Assembly: GCA_963720725.1 (NCBI GenBank)
Contig: CAVRGN010000006.1
Coordinates: forward strand, 432 to 64,431
Length of the DNA: 64,000 nt
Reading direction: 5' to 3'
Source: an uncultured Alphaproteobacteria bacterium
Lineage (GTDB): Bacteria; Pseudomonadota; Alphaproteobacteria; Geminicoccales; Geminicoccaceae
Shown here: piece by piece, positions 12,787-23,126 of the stretch
Layout: every line of letters starts with the position of its first letter
Position numbering within the stretch: position 1 is the stretch's first letter
Notes under the pieces: model-generated
Databases searched by the model: none
Told to the model about the DNA's origin: nothing
The model's input: the letters and a program-made list of their open reading frames with translations, nothing else
Translations under genes and position numbers: made by a program

Positions 12787-14295
12787 ATGCTGCGCGATCT
12801 GCGCAACGGGGCGCGGGTGATCGCGACCGCCCGGTGCCTCGCGCGGCACAACGCCCTGTTCCCGATGGACCTGCTGCCGGTGCCCGCCGCCCTGCGCTGG
12901 CTGGCCGAGCGGATGGCGAACCGGCACGCGCAAGGCCGGCCGGGCGAGCGGCTGGCCAAGGCGCTGCAGGAACTCGGTCCCGCCTTCATCAAGCTGGGCC
13001 AGTCGCTTTCGGTCCGCGCGGACCTCCTGGGCGAGGCGATCGCCCACGACCTGTCGGACCTCCAGGACCGGTTGCCTTCGTTCCCCTCCGCCGAGGCCAG
13101 GGCGACGGTCGAGGCCGAGCTCGAGCGTCCCGTCACCGCCTTGTTCGCCGTCTTCGAGGACCGGCCGGTGGCCGCGGCCTCGATCTCGCAGGTCCACTTC
13201 GCGGTCACCCCCGAGGGCGAGGAGGTCGCGGTCAAGATCCTCCGGCCCGGGATCGAGGCCGCGATCGAGCGCGACCTGGACTTCATGCTCTGGCTCGCGG
13301 AATGGGCCGAACGGGTGCGTCCCGCATTGCGGCGCTACCGGCCCGTGGATTCGGTGAAGATGCTCGCCTCCACCACCCGGCGCGAGATGGATTTGCGGCT
13401 GGAGGCCGCGGCGGCGGCCGAGTTCCGCCAGAACTGCGCCGAGGACGAGGGCTTCAAGGTGCCCCGCGTCGACTGGGTGCGCACCGGCCGGCGGGTGGCG
13501 ACCTTCGAGCGCGTGTCCGGCCTGCCGGCCGACGAGCGCGAGCGGCTGATCGCGCACGGCCACGATCCCGACGCGATCCTGGCCCAGTCGGCCGTCGTCT
13601 TCTTCAACCAGGTGTTCCGCGACGGCTTCTTCCACGCCGACATGCACCCCGGCAACATGCTGATCGACGAGGAGGGCCGGATCGTGGCCCTGGATTTCGG
13701 CATCATGGGCCGGATCGACCTCGCCACGCGCCGGCATCTGGCCGAGATCCTGGTGGGGTTCCTCAGCCGGGACTACCGCCGGGTCGCCGCCGTGTTCTTC
13801 TCGGCCGGCTTCGTCCCCGCCCACCAGGACCAGGCGTCCTTCCAGCAGGCCTGCCGTGCCATCGGCGAGCCGATCCTCGACCTGCCGCTGAACGAGATCT
13901 CCATCGGGCGACTGCTCGGCCAGCTGCTGACGGTGGCCGAACAGTTCGAGATGGAGCAGCAGCCGCAGCTGGTGCTGCTGCAGAAGACCATGGCGGTCTC
14001 CGAGGGGGTCGGCCGGGCCCTGAATCCCAAGGTGAACATCTGGCAGGTGGCGCAGCCCTTGGTGGAGGCATGGATCCGCGAGAACCTGGGGCCCGAGGCG
14101 CAGGTCCGGCAACTCGTCGGCGAGGGCGTGACGCTGCTGCGGGCCCTGCCCGGACTGGTCGCCCGGCTCGAACGAGCCGGCGTCGAGGCAGATCGCCAGG
14201 GCATCCGAATCGTACGCGACAGGGACCGGGGCTGGCGCTGGCTGGCCCCCCTCCTGGCCTTGCTGACGGGTCTGGTGGCGGGCAGCCTGCTCTAG
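12787..14295 (+). CDS. ubiB: Ubiquinone biosynthesis kinase-like protein UbiB
   Basis: LGPAFIKLGQ, AAASISQVH, VAVKILRP, FFHADMHPGN, DFGIMG. Confidence 0.96.
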   Translation: MLRDLRNGARVIATARCLARHNALFPMDLLPVPAALRWLAERMANRHAQGRPGERLAKALQELGPAFIKLGQSLSVRADLLGEAIAHDLSDLQDRLPSFPSAEARATVEAELERPVTALFAVFEDRPVAAASISQVHFAVTPEGEEVAVKILRPGIEAAIERDLDFMLWLAEWAERVRPALRRYRPVDSVKMLASTTRREMDLRLEAAAAAEFRQNCAEDEGFKVPRVDWVRTGRRVATFERVSGLPADERERLIAHGHDPDAILAQSAVVFFNQVFRDGFFHADMHPGNMLIDEEGRIVALDFGIMGRIDLATRRHLAEILVGFLSRDYRRVAAVFFSAGFVPAHQDQASFQQACRAIGEPILDLPLNEISIGRLLGQLLTVAEQFEMEQQPQLVLLQKTMAVSEGVGRALNPKVNIWQVAQPLVEAWIRENLGPEAQVRQLVGEGVTLLRALPGLVARLERAGVEADRQGIRIVRDRDRGWRWLAPLLALLTGLVAGSLL

Positions 14296-14452
14296 TCCGC
14301 AAAGCGACGATCCACAGGATATCCCCGCCCCGTCCACAGCCTTTACCCAAGTTGTCCGCAAGTCAATCGAAGCAGAAGCGGAACGAAGGCAAGCTGGACC
14401 GGATTGCGTATCGAATGCCCTCCCTTCCGGAGGACAATGGATCGGGTGTGCC

Positions 14453-15361
14453 ATGCCACGTCCCTATTGGAAGGGTCACGTACGGCTCTCGCTGGTGACC
14501 TTCCCCGTCCAACTGCACACCGCGACCGCGAGCCAGGCGCGGGTGCAGTTCCATCAGCTCGACCGCAAGTCCGGACAGCGGATCCGTTACCAGAAGGTCG
14601 TCGCTGACCGGGGCCCGATAGCGAACGAGGACATCGTCAAGGGCTACGAGATCGAGCCCGAGCATTACGTGGTGGTGGAGCAGGACGAACTCGCCGCCCT
14701 GAGGCTGGAGTCCAAGCACACCATCGATCTGGTCCAGTTCGTCGACACTTGCGAGATCGATCCGCTCTACTACGAGAAGCCCTATTATGTGGTTCCCGAC
14801 GGGGACATGGCACAGGAGGCGTACCGCGTAGTGCAGCAGGCTTTACGCGACAGCGGCAAGGTAGCACTGGGCGAGGTGGTGCTGAGCGGTCGCGAAAGCC
14901 TGGTGGCGATCCAGCCCTCGGGCGCGGGGCTGCTGTTGGAAACCCTGCGTGCGTCCGACGAGGTGAAGAAGGCGGGCAGCTTCTTCGCCGACATCGAGGC
15001 AGGCGAGATCGACGACGACCAGCTCCAGCTCGCCACGGAGCTGATCAAGCGCAAGTCGGCGCCCTTCGATCCCCGGCGGTTCAAGGACGATTACGAGGCA
15101 GCACTGCGCGAGCTGATCGAGGCCAAGGTTAAGCACCACAAGGTGCGCGCGCCGGATGCGGTGCAGCCGGCCGGCAAGGTGGTCGACCTGATGGAGGCGC
15201 TGAAGCGGAGCCTGGGTGCGGAGCAGGCCGGCCGGCGCAAGCCCGCCGCCGAAAGCGGCAAGTCGGCCGAGGTCCGCAAGCTGCCGAGCAAGACGACGAA
15301 GGCCAAGCCCAAGGGGGCGGCGGGTGCCAAGCCGGCCGCGCGCCAGCGCAAGGCGGGCTGA
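14453..15361 (+). CDS. ku: NHEJ DNA end-binding protein Ku
   Basis: MPRPYWKGHVRLSLVTFPV, IDPLYYEKPYY, VVDLMEALKRSL, Lys/Ala-rich tail. Confidence 0.95.
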   Translation: MPRPYWKGHVRLSLVTFPVQLHTATASQARVQFHQLDRKSGQRIRYQKVVADRGPIANEDIVKGYEIEPEHYVVVEQDELAALRLESKHTIDLVQFVDTCEIDPLYYEKPYYVVPDGDMAQEAYRVVQQALRDSGKVALGEVVLSGRESLVAIQPSGAGLLLETLRASDEVKKAGSFFADIEAGEIDDDQLQLATELIKRKSAPFDPRRFKDDYEAALRELIEAKVKHHKVRAPDAVQPAGKVVDLMEALKRSLGAEQAGRRKPAAESGKSAEVRKLPSKTTKAKPKGAAGAKPAARQRKAG

Positions 15362-17780
15362 GCCTCCCGCCGCTGGCGCGCTCGAACGTTATCGCGCCAA
15401 GCGGAACTTCGCGCGCACGTCGGAGCCGCCCGGTGCTGACGCGCTGGAGGCGGGCCGCCGCTTCGTGGTGCACAAACACGCCGCCCGGCGCCTGCACTAC
15501 GATCTGCGCCTGGAGCTGGGCGGGGCCTACAAGAGCTGGGCGGTCACGCGCGGCCCGAGCTTCGATCCCGGGGACAAGAGGTTGGCGGTCCACGTCGAGG
15601 ACCACCCGCTCGATTACGGCACGTTCGAGGGTACCATCCCCGAGGGCGAGTATGGCGGCGGGACCGTCATGCTCTGGGACAGCGGCGTCTGGGAGCCCGA
15701 GGGCGACGCGGACGAGAACTATGCCGCGGGCCGGCTGAAGTTCCGGCTGCACGGCCAGAAGCTGGGCGGTGCTTGGATGCTGGTGCGGATCAAGGGCAGG
15801 CAGGAGCGGCAGGACCCGTGGCTCCTGATCAAGGAGCGGGACGAGGCCGCGCGGCCCGGCGACCCGTCCTTGCCCGACGACGACCTCAGCGTGCTGTCGG
15901 GACGATCGATGGCCGGAATCGCCGCCGGTGACGCGCCCGAAGCCGGCGTGGCCGGCGGAGATGCGATGCCGCGCTTCGTGAAGCCGCAGCTCGCCACGCC
16001 GGCCGCCGCCCCACCCGCGGGCGACGACTGGCTGTTCGAGATCAAGCATGACGGCTACCGCTGCCAGATCCGGCTCTCGGAGGGCGACGCCACCGTGAGC
16101 ACGCGAGGCGCCCACGATTGGAGTGCGCGCTTCCCCGGCATCGTCGCCGCGGCCGGTAAGCTGCCTGCGCGCTCGGCCCTGCTCGACGGTGAAGCGGTGG
16201 TGCTGGGGAAAGGTGGGAGCAGCGATTTTGCGGCGCTGCGCAAGGCTCTGGAGGGTGGTGGCGACGGGATCGTCTGCTATGCCTTCGATCTTCTCTTTCA
16301 CGATGGCGCCGACCTGCGCGCCCGACCCCTGAGCGAGCGCAAGCGCGAGCTCGCCCGGCTGCTGCGGGGCTCCGACGTCATCCGCTACAGCGACCATGTG
16401 CTGGGTGCCGGCGAGGCCTTGCTCCGCCACGCCTGCGTCCTGGGTGCGGAGGGGCTGATCGCCAAGCGGGCCGACCGGCCCTACCGCTCCGGTCGCGGCA
16501 CGGACTGGCTCAAGCTGAAGTGCGTCGCCCGCGAAGAGGTCGTGATCGGCGGCTTCACCGGCATGCGCGGCGGCAAGCATGGCCTGGGGGCGCTCGCCGT
16601 CGGACATTATGAGGGGAAACGCCTGGTCTATGCCGGGCGGGTGGGCACGGGCTGGAACGCCGCGGACGAGGAGCGGCTGCTCGCGGCGTTGCGGCCACTG
16701 TTGCGCGCGACGATGCCGTTCGAGCGCATGCCGTCCGCCATGCGACGCGGCGTGAGATGGGTGGAGCCGAAGCTGGTGGCGGAGGTCAGCTACCTGGAAC
16801 GGACACCCGATGGGATGCTGCGGCATGCGAGCTGGTTGGGGATGCGCGAGGACAAGGACGTGGCCTCGGTGCGGCAGGAGGTGACCGGCGTGCCGAACGC
16901 ACCGGAGCGTGTGGGCCGGGTGCGGCTCAGCCATCCCGAGCGCATCGTCCTCGCCGAGCCGCCCACGACCAAAGGCGAGGTCTGGGCCTACTACCACGCG
17001 ATGGCGGAACGGGTCCTGGCCGGGATCGCCAACCGGCCGCTGAGCGTCTTGCGCTGCCCATCGGGTGCGGCGGGCACCTGCTTCTTCCAACGCCACCTGA
17101 TGCGGGGCATGCCGAAATCCGTCCGCCCGGTGGCGGCACCGGGCAAGGCGGAAGCCGAGGCGTACTTCGCCATCGACGACCGGGAAGGGCTGCTCGCGCT
17201 GGTCCAGTTCGGCGCCATCGAGCTGCATCCCTGGGGCGTGCGCATCGATCGCCTCGACCGGCCCGACCGTCTGGTCTTCGATCTCGATCCGGCCGAGGGC
17301 CTGGCTTGGCCGCAGGTGGTCGCGGCCGCGGGCGAGTTGCGCGAACGCTTGACGGCGTTGGGGCTGGAGAGCTTCGCACGCACCACCGGCGGTAAGGGAT
17401 TGCATCTGGTGGTGCCGATCGAGCGGCGCCACGGTTGGCCGGCGGCGAAGCGGTTCGCAGCCTCGCTGGCGCGGAGCATGGCCGCCGACAGCCCGCAGCG
17501 CTACACGGCTAAGCTCGCCAAGGTGGCGCGCCGGGGGCGGATCTTCATCGACTATCTGCGCAACGAGGATGGTGCCACCGCGGTGGCGTCCTACTCTCTC
17601 CGCGCAAGGACCGGTGCGACGGTGGCCATGCCGGTGGCATGGGACGAGGTCGACGCCGCGCTGGATCCGCTGGCGTTCACGATCGCCACGGTGCCAGCAC
17701 TGGAAGCGGCGCGGCCGGACCCCTGGGCGGGCATCGACGAGGTGCGTCAGCGCCTACCGGCCCAAAAGCCCAACAACTAA
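15324..17780 (+). CDS. ligD: NHEJ DNA ligase D (phosphoesterase-ligase-polymerase)
   Basis: PE domain FVVHKHAARRLHYDLRLE; ligase EIKHDGYR; polymerase PDRLVFDLDP and IFIDYLRN. Start uncertain: in-frame GTG at 15324 with AGGGGG upstream, overlapping the ku 3' end. Confidence 0.93.
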   Translation: MPSRPRASARRAEPPAAGALERYRAKRNFARTSEPPGADALEAGRRFVVHKHAARRLHYDLRLELGGAYKSWAVTRGPSFDPGDKRLAVHVEDHPLDYGTFEGTIPEGEYGGGTVMLWDSGVWEPEGDADENYAAGRLKFRLHGQKLGGAWMLVRIKGRQERQDPWLLIKERDEAARPGDPSLPDDDLSVLSGRSMAGIAAGDAPEAGVAGGDAMPRFVKPQLATPAAAPPAGDDWLFEIKHDGYRCQIRLSEGDATVSTRGAHDWSARFPGIVAAAGKLPARSALLDGEAVVLGKGGSSDFAALRKALEGGGDGIVCYAFDLLFHDGADLRARPLSERKRELARLLRGSDVIRYSDHVLGAGEALLRHACVLGAEGLIAKRADRPYRSGRGTDWLKLKCVAREEVVIGGFTGMRGGKHGLGALAVGHYEGKRLVYAGRVGTGWNAADEERLLAALRPLLRATMPFERMPSAMRRGVRWVEPKLVAEVSYLERTPDGMLRHASWLGMREDKDVASVRQEVTGVPNAPERVGRVRLSHPERIVLAEPPTTKGEVWAYYHAMAERVLAGIANRPLSVLRCPSGAAGTCFFQRHLMRGMPKSVRPVAAPGKAEAEAYFAIDDREGLLALVQFGAIELHPWGVRIDRLDRPDRLVFDLDPAEGLAWPQVVAAAGELRERLTALGLESFARTTGGKGLHLVVPIERRHGWPAAKRFAASLARSMAADSPQRYTAKLAKVARRGRIFIDYLRNEDGATAVASYSLRARTGATVAMPVAWDEVDAALDPLAFTIATVPALEAARPDPWAGIDEVRQRLPAQKPNN

Positions 17781-17867
17781 GCCGCAGATCCTTGCCTTTG
17801 CGGACAGGGGGGTCTTGCCTCGACGCAAGCGTACTCCACCTTGTTCCCGTAGATTGCATATGCGGCG

Positions 17868-19091
17868 GTGTGGTCAGTGTTGAATGAGCGGCGTGTCCTT
17901 CTGATCATCGGTGGCGGGATCGCCGCGTACAAATGCCTGGAGCTGATCCGCCGCGGCCGCGAGCGGGGTCTGGCGTTCCGCTGCGTGCTCACGGCCGCCG
18001 CGAGCCAGTTCGTCACTCCCCTTTCGGTGGCCAGCCTCGCCGGCGAGAAGGTGTACGACCAGCTGTTCTCGCTCACCGATGAGGCCGAGATGGGCCACAT
18101 CCGCCTGTCGCGCGAGGCCGACCTCATCGTCGTCGCCCCTGCCACCGCCGATCTCATGGCCAAGCTGGCGGCCGGACTGGCCGGCGACCTGGCTTCGACC
18201 CTGTTGCTCGCTTCCGACAAGCCGGTGCTGATGGCACCGGCCATGAACCCGCAGATGTGGGCCCATCCCGCGACCCGCCGCAACCTTCTGCGCCTGGTCG
18301 AGGACGGAGTGCGGGTCGTGGGCCCCAATCCCGGCGACATGGCGTGCGGCGAGATCGGCTCCGGGCGCATGGCCGAGCCCATGGAGATCCTGACGGCGAT
18401 CGAGGCCATGCTCGATCCCCGTACCCGACCTCTGGCCGGCCTGCGGGCGCTGGTCACCAGCGGGCCGACGCGCGAGCCGCTCGACCCGGTGCGCTATCTC
18501 TCCAATCATTCGTCGGGCCGACAGGGGCACGCCATAGCCAGGGCCCTGGCCGAGGCCGGAGCCACGGTCAGGCTGGTCTCGGGGCCGGTGCAGGAGCCCG
18601 ATCCGGCGGGCGTCGCGGTGACCAAGGTCGAGACGGCCGCCGAGATGCTGGCGGCAGCGCAGGCCGCACTTCCGGTCGACATCGCGGTCTTCGCCGCCGC
18701 GGTCGCGGATTGGCGTCCGGCCTCGGTGCGCCAAGCGAAGATCAAGAAGCGCGAGGGCGCCGCCCCGCCGGTGATCGAGCTGGTCGAGAACCCGGATGTC
18801 CTCCGCACCATCTCGCATGGCGAGCCGCGGCCCCGGCTGGTGATCGGCTTTGCCGCCGAGACCGGCGATCTGGAGGCCAAGGCGCGTGCCAAGCGTGCCC
18901 GCAAGGGCTGCGACTGGATCCTCGCCAACGACGTTTCGCCCGGCTCGGGCGTGTTCGGCGGGACCATGAACCGGGTGCTGTTGCTGGCGGACGAAGGTCC
19001 GGGCGAGGCATGGCCGGATCTCGACAAGCTGGAGCTGGCGCGGCGGCTGGCCGAGCGCATCGCGCGTCACTTCACAGCGGCGACGGCATGA
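17868..19091 (+). CDS. coaBC: Bifunctional phosphopantothenoylcysteine decarboxylase/synthetase
   Basis: [49 protein letters not shown]. Confidence 0.97.
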   Translation: MWSVLNERRVLLIIGGGIAAYKCLELIRRGRERGLAFRCVLTAAASQFVTPLSVASLAGEKVYDQLFSLTDEAEMGHIRLSREADLIVVAPATADLMAKLAAGLAGDLASTLLLASDKPVLMAPAMNPQMWAHPATRRNLLRLVEDGVRVVGPNPGDMACGEIGSGRMAEPMEILTAIEAMLDPRTRPLAGLRALVTSGPTREPLDPVRYLSNHSSGRQGHAIARALAEAGATVRLVSGPVQEPDPAGVAVTKVETAAEMLAAAQAALPVDIAVFAAAVADWRPASVRQAKIKKREGAAPPVIELVENPDVLRTISHGEPRPRLVIGFAAETGDLEAKARAKRARKGCDWILANDVSPGSGVFGGTMNRVLLLADEGPGEAWPDLDKLELARRLAERIARHFTAATA

Positions 19092-19570
19092 CCGGAGTCC
19101 GGGTGGCCATCGAGCGCCTGCCGCATGGGCGCGATCTGCCCCTCCCGGCCTATGCGACGGAGGGTGCGGCCGGGATGGACTTGCTGGCGGCGGTGGCGGA
19201 GCCGGTGACCCTGGCGCCGCTGGCGCGGGTGCTCGTGCCCGCGGGCATCCGTCTGGCGCTGCCCCCCGGCTTCGAGGCGCAGGTGCGGCCGCGCTCCGGC
19301 CTCGCCCTGCGGCACGGCGTGACCGTGCTGAACGCGCCCGGCACGATCGACGCGGATTATCGCGGTGAAATCGGGGTGATCCTGATCAATCTCGGCACCG
19401 TATCGTTCACGGTGGTCCGGGCGGCCGCGATCGCCCAGCTGATCGTTGCCGCCATCGCTGCCGCGACCTGGGTCGAGCGCTCGATCGATCCGGAGGAGAC
19501 CGCGCGGAATGTCGGGGGCTTCGGTTCGACCGACCGTGGGGAGCAACGTCGGGGCGGTCCGCCGCGCTAG
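19088..19570 (+). CDS. dut: dUTP diphosphatase
   Basis: C-terminal part of track ORF 18257-19570: [36 protein letters not shown]; ATG overlaps the coaBC stop. Confidence 0.95.
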   Translation: MTGVRVAIERLPHGRDLPLPAYATEGAAGMDLLAAVAEPVTLAPLARVLVPAGIRLALPPGFEAQVRPRSGLALRHGVTVLNAPGTIDADYRGEIGVILINLGTVSFTVVRAAAIAQLIVAAIAAATWVERSIDPEETARNVGGFGSTDRGEQRRGGPPR

Positions 19571-19578
19571 GGAAGGAG

Positions 19579-20043
19579 GTGCAGGTGATGTTGAGGCCGT
19601 CGAAGAAGTTGGCGCTGGCGCTGGAGGCCGTCGTCGACGTCGCCTATCACGGCGGCTCGGAGCCGGTGCAGAGCCAGGACATCGCGCGACGGCTCGGATT
19701 GCCGCGCCGCTATCTCGAGCAGGTTCTCCAGCAGCTCGTGCGCGCGAGCATCCTCAAGGGCGTGCGCGGGCCGCGCGGCGGCTATCGCCTCGCGCGCGAA
19801 CGGCGCCGGGTGAGCGTGGCCGAGGTCGTGCGCGTGGTCCAGGGCCTCGAGGAGCCCGTGGGCGAGGACGGACCGGTTTCGGAGTCGGCGCTTGGCAAGC
19901 GGGTGATCGCGCCCTTTTGGGACGAGCTCGAAGTCGACCTCATGTCACGGCTCGAGGGAGTTTCGGTGGAAGACCTCTGCCGCGAGGCCGAGCGCCAGAC
20001 GATCGAGAGCGAGGGCCGACGGAGCTTCGACTTCGTGATCTGA
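19579..20043 (+). CDS. Rrf2 family transcriptional regulator (CymR-like)
   Basis: [29 protein letters not shown]; lacks the three-Cys Fe-S motif; precedes cysK. Confidence 0.9.
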   Translation: MQVMLRPSKKLALALEAVVDVAYHGGSEPVQSQDIARRLGLPRRYLEQVLQQLVRASILKGVRGPRGGYRLARERRRVSVAEVVRVVQGLEEPVGEDGPVSESALGKRVIAPFWDELEVDLMSRLEGVSVEDLCREAERQTIESEGRRSFDFVI

Positions 20044-20111
20044 TCGCCGTCCTGGACGCATGCGGCGCGATGGATAAGGTGGCCCGCCTCACTTGTCGGG
20101 GGAACCGGGCC

Positions 20112-21089
20112 ATGGACTCGCCTGCTGGATCGAACGATCCAGGGACGCCCGAGCGCGGGCGCATCTTGGGATCGATCTGCGAAACAATCGGCAACACGCC
20201 ACTGGTGCGTTTGAACCGCTTGCCCCTGGCCGAGGGCTGCCTGGCGGAAGTGCTGGTCAAGCTCGAGTTCTTCAATCCGCTGTCGTCGGTCAAGGACCGC
20301 ATAGCTCTGGCGATGGTCGAGGCGGCCGAGCGTGCCGGCAAGCTCTCCGCCGACAGCGTCATCGTCGAGCCGACCTCGGGCAACACCGGCATCGCCCTGG
20401 CATTCGTCTGCGCCGCCAAGGGCTACCGCCTGATCCTGACCATGCCCGAGAGCATGTCGCTCGAACGGCGCAAGATGCTCAAGCTGCTCGGCGCCGAGCT
20501 GGAGCTGACCCCGGCGGCGGAGGGCATGCGCGGTGCGCTCCAGGCCGCCGAGCGGCTCCTCGCCGAGCAGCCCAACGCCATCATTCTCCAGCAGTTCGAG
20601 AATCCGGCCAATCCGGCGGTCCACCGCCGCACCACGGCCGAGGAGATCTGGCGTGACACCGGCGGGCGACTGGACGCGATCGTGGCGGGTGTCGGCACCG
20701 GCGGCACCATCACCGGTTGCGCCCAGGCACTGCGCGGCCGCGGCTCGGAGATCCGCTTCATCGCGGTCGAGCCCGAGGACAGTGCGGTCCTCTCCGGTGG
20801 CAAGCCCGGGCCACACAAGATCCAGGGCATCGGCGCGGGATTCGTCCCGGCCAATCTCGACCGCAGCCTGGTCGACGAGGTGATCCGCATCGGCAACGAG
20901 ACCGCCTTCGCCACCGCCCGGCGCGCGGCGGCGCTCGAGGGCCTGCCGGTCGGGATCTCCTCCGGTGCGACCATCGCGGCGGCGATCGAGATCGGCGCGC
21001 GGCCGACCATGGCCGGCAAGCGGATCGTCGCCATCGTGGCGTCCAACGCCGAGCGCTACCTCTCGACCGAGCTGTTCGCCGAGGTCTGA
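20112..21089 (+). CDS. cysK: Cysteine synthase A
   Basis: IGNTPLV, SVKDRIA (PLP Lys), [26 protein letters not shown]; ATG at 20112. Confidence 0.96.
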   Translation: MDSPAGSNDPGTPERGRILGSICETIGNTPLVRLNRLPLAEGCLAEVLVKLEFFNPLSSVKDRIALAMVEAAERAGKLSADSVIVEPTSGNTGIALAFVCAAKGYRLILTMPESMSLERRKMLKLLGAELELTPAAEGMRGALQAAERLLAEQPNAIILQQFENPANPAVHRRTTAEEIWRDTGGRLDAIVAGVGTGGTITGCAQALRGRGSEIRFIAVEPEDSAVLSGGKPGPHKIQGIGAGFVPANLDRSLVDEVIRIGNETAFATARRAAALEGLPVGISSGATIAAAIEIGARPTMAGKRIVAIVASNAERYLSTELFAEV

Positions 21090-21211
21090 TTCCGGCGGCT
21101 GTGGCATACCTGCATGCCAGTGATGTGCGAATAGCACAGCTATCCTTGTTGCAGCGCAATATATTGAAGGTGCTGGCGAGCGGCCAGCGGCCCTTGCCTG
21201 CGAGCCTCACA

Positions 21212-22150
21212 ATGTCGACCCTCGAGACGGCGATCACCCGCGGCGGCGTGTCCGTGCGGGGCATCGGCTTCGCCGTGCTGAGCTATGCGAGCTTTTCCAC
21301 CGCCGACGCGATGATCAAGCTGGCGAGCCAGCGCTTCTCCGTGTTCCAGATCGCGTTCTCGGTCGCGCTGTTCGCGCTGCTCCCGGTGGCGGTGCTGACG
21401 CGCGGCCAGGGCGGGTGGCGGGCCCTGGTGCCGCAGCGCTGGCAGCTCGTGGCGCTGCGCGGCGGCCTCACCGCGATCTGCGGTCTGCTCGCCTGGCGCG
21501 GCTTCGGCCTGCTGCCTTTGTCCGAGGTCTACGCGATCCTGTTCGCGGCACCCATCCTGGTGACGGCGCTGTCCGCGCTGATCCTGGGCGAGGAGGTCGG
21601 CTGGCGGCGCTGGTCGGCCCAGATCGTGGGCTTCTCGGGCGTGCTGATCATGATCCGCCCGGATTTCGCGACCCTCAACCTGGGCCACCTGCTGACGCTC
21701 CTGGCCGCGGTCGCCGGAGCGCTCAGCCTGATCACGCTCAAGCGGATCGGCGGCCGCGAGACCAGCGCCTCCATCCTGTTCGCCGTGTTCCTGGCGATCA
21801 TGCTGGCGAGCGCGCCGATGGTGCCGTCGACCTTCGTCATGCCGACCTGGGCCGAGGTGGGGCTCCTGGCGCTGGCGGGACTGCTCATGGGCTGCGCGCA
21901 TGCCGGCCTCGTCCTCGCGACCCGTGAGGCGCCGGCGGTGGTCGTGGCACCGTTCCAATATTCGCAGATGATCTGGGGCGTGCTGTTCGGCGTGCTGCTG
22001 TTCGGCGACCACGCGGCGCCGATCCTGTTTGTGGGCATGGCGCTGGTGGTGGGCAGCGGTCTCTACACCGTCTGGCGCGAGACCGCGCGCGCCCGCCCGG
22101 TCACGGTCGGCGGCGGTCGCGGAGAGGTTCCGGCCCGCGCCGCCCGCTGA
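21212..22150 (+). CDS. DMT/EamA family transporter
   Basis: About 10 hydrophobic helices, LGEEVGWRRW and APFQYSQMIW; C-terminal part of track ORF 20717-22150. Confidence 0.9.
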   Translation: MSTLETAITRGGVSVRGIGFAVLSYASFSTADAMIKLASQRFSVFQIAFSVALFALLPVAVLTRGQGGWRALVPQRWQLVALRGGLTAICGLLAWRGFGLLPLSEVYAILFAAPILVTALSALILGEEVGWRRWSAQIVGFSGVLIMIRPDFATLNLGHLLTLLAAVAGALSLITLKRIGGRETSASILFAVFLAIMLASAPMVPSTFVMPTWAEVGLLALAGLLMGCAHAGLVLATREAPAVVVAPFQYSQMIWGVLFGVLLFGDHAAPILFVGMALVVGSGLYTVWRETARARPVTVGGGRGEVPARAAR

Positions 22151-22223
22151 GCCCCTGGCACCCGGCCCGCCGATCGGCTAGCTGCTGGCCGTGACGGCGC
22201 GGGACAGCGGAGATGGCGGGCCG

Positions 22224-23066
22224 ATGCAGGAGAAGTCGCTGGCACTCGAAGGCCCGTTCGCGGGCCTGGATCTCGGCTATCTCGAATGGGGCCCGCCGGA
22301 TGCCGCCCGCACCGTGGTGTGCGTCCACGGCCTGACCCGCAACGCGCACGATTTCGACACCCTCGCCGCCGCCTTGGCCGGGCGCGGCTGCCGCGTCCTC
22401 GCGGTCGACGTCGTGGGGCGCGGCCGCAGCAGCTGGCTGAGCGACCCGCACCAGTACACGCTCGAGGTCTATGCCGCCCAGTTCGGCCAGTTCTTCGACC
22501 GGCTGGACCTTGCCGGCGTGGACTGGATCGGCACCTCGATGGGCGGGCTGATCGGCATGGTCCTGGCGGCCGGCCCGCGGCCGCCGATGGCGCGGCTGGT
22601 GGTCAACGATATCGGGCCCTACGTCGCCACGGCGACGCTGGGCCAGATCCGCAGCTATCTGGGGCTCGACCTGGCGTTCAAGGACATGGGCGAGCTCGAG
22701 GCGCATCTGCGGCTGATCCACGCCAGCTTCGGCCCGCTCAGCGATGCGCAGTGGCGCGCCCTGGCCGAGCACAGCGCGCGGCGCACCGCTGAGGGCCTCC
22801 GCCTGCACTACGACCCGGCGATCCGCGAGCCGTTCATGGCCGCCGCCGCGGACGACACCGATCTCTGGGCGGCTTGGGAGGGCATCCGCTGCCCGATCCT
22901 GGTGCTGCACGGTGCCGACAGCGCGCTGCTCACGGCCGACATCCTGGAGCAGATGCGGGGGCGCGGGCCGGCGTTCGAACTCGTGAGCTTTCCGGGCATC
23001 GGTCACGCCCCGGCCCTGCTGGCGGACGACCAGATCGCGACCGTAGAAAACTGGCTCGGCCTGTAG
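22224..23066 (+). CDS. Alpha/beta hydrolase
   Basis: VHGLTRN, GRGRS, nucleophile GTSMGG, GHAP. Confidence 0.9.
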   Translation: MQEKSLALEGPFAGLDLGYLEWGPPDAARTVVCVHGLTRNAHDFDTLAAALAGRGCRVLAVDVVGRGRSSWLSDPHQYTLEVYAAQFGQFFDRLDLAGVDWIGTSMGGLIGMVLAAGPRPPMARLVVNDIGPYVATATLGQIRSYLGLDLAFKDMGELEAHLRLIHASFGPLSDAQWRALAEHSARRTAEGLRLHYDPAIREPFMAAAADDTDLWAAWEGIRCPILVLHGADSALLTADILEQMRGRGPAFELVSFPGIGHAPALLADDQIATVENWLGL

Positions 23067-23126
23067 CCGGCCACGCCCGCCGCGGCTACGGTCGCGCGCT
23101 CGGCGAACGAGAAGGATCCATGCCTG

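Noticed and set aside
18257-22150. Apparent N-terminal extensions of dut, cysK and the DMT gene in the ORF track
   Set aside because: The extensions overlap upstream genes in another frame; downstream ATGs (19088, 20112, 21212) match family starts.
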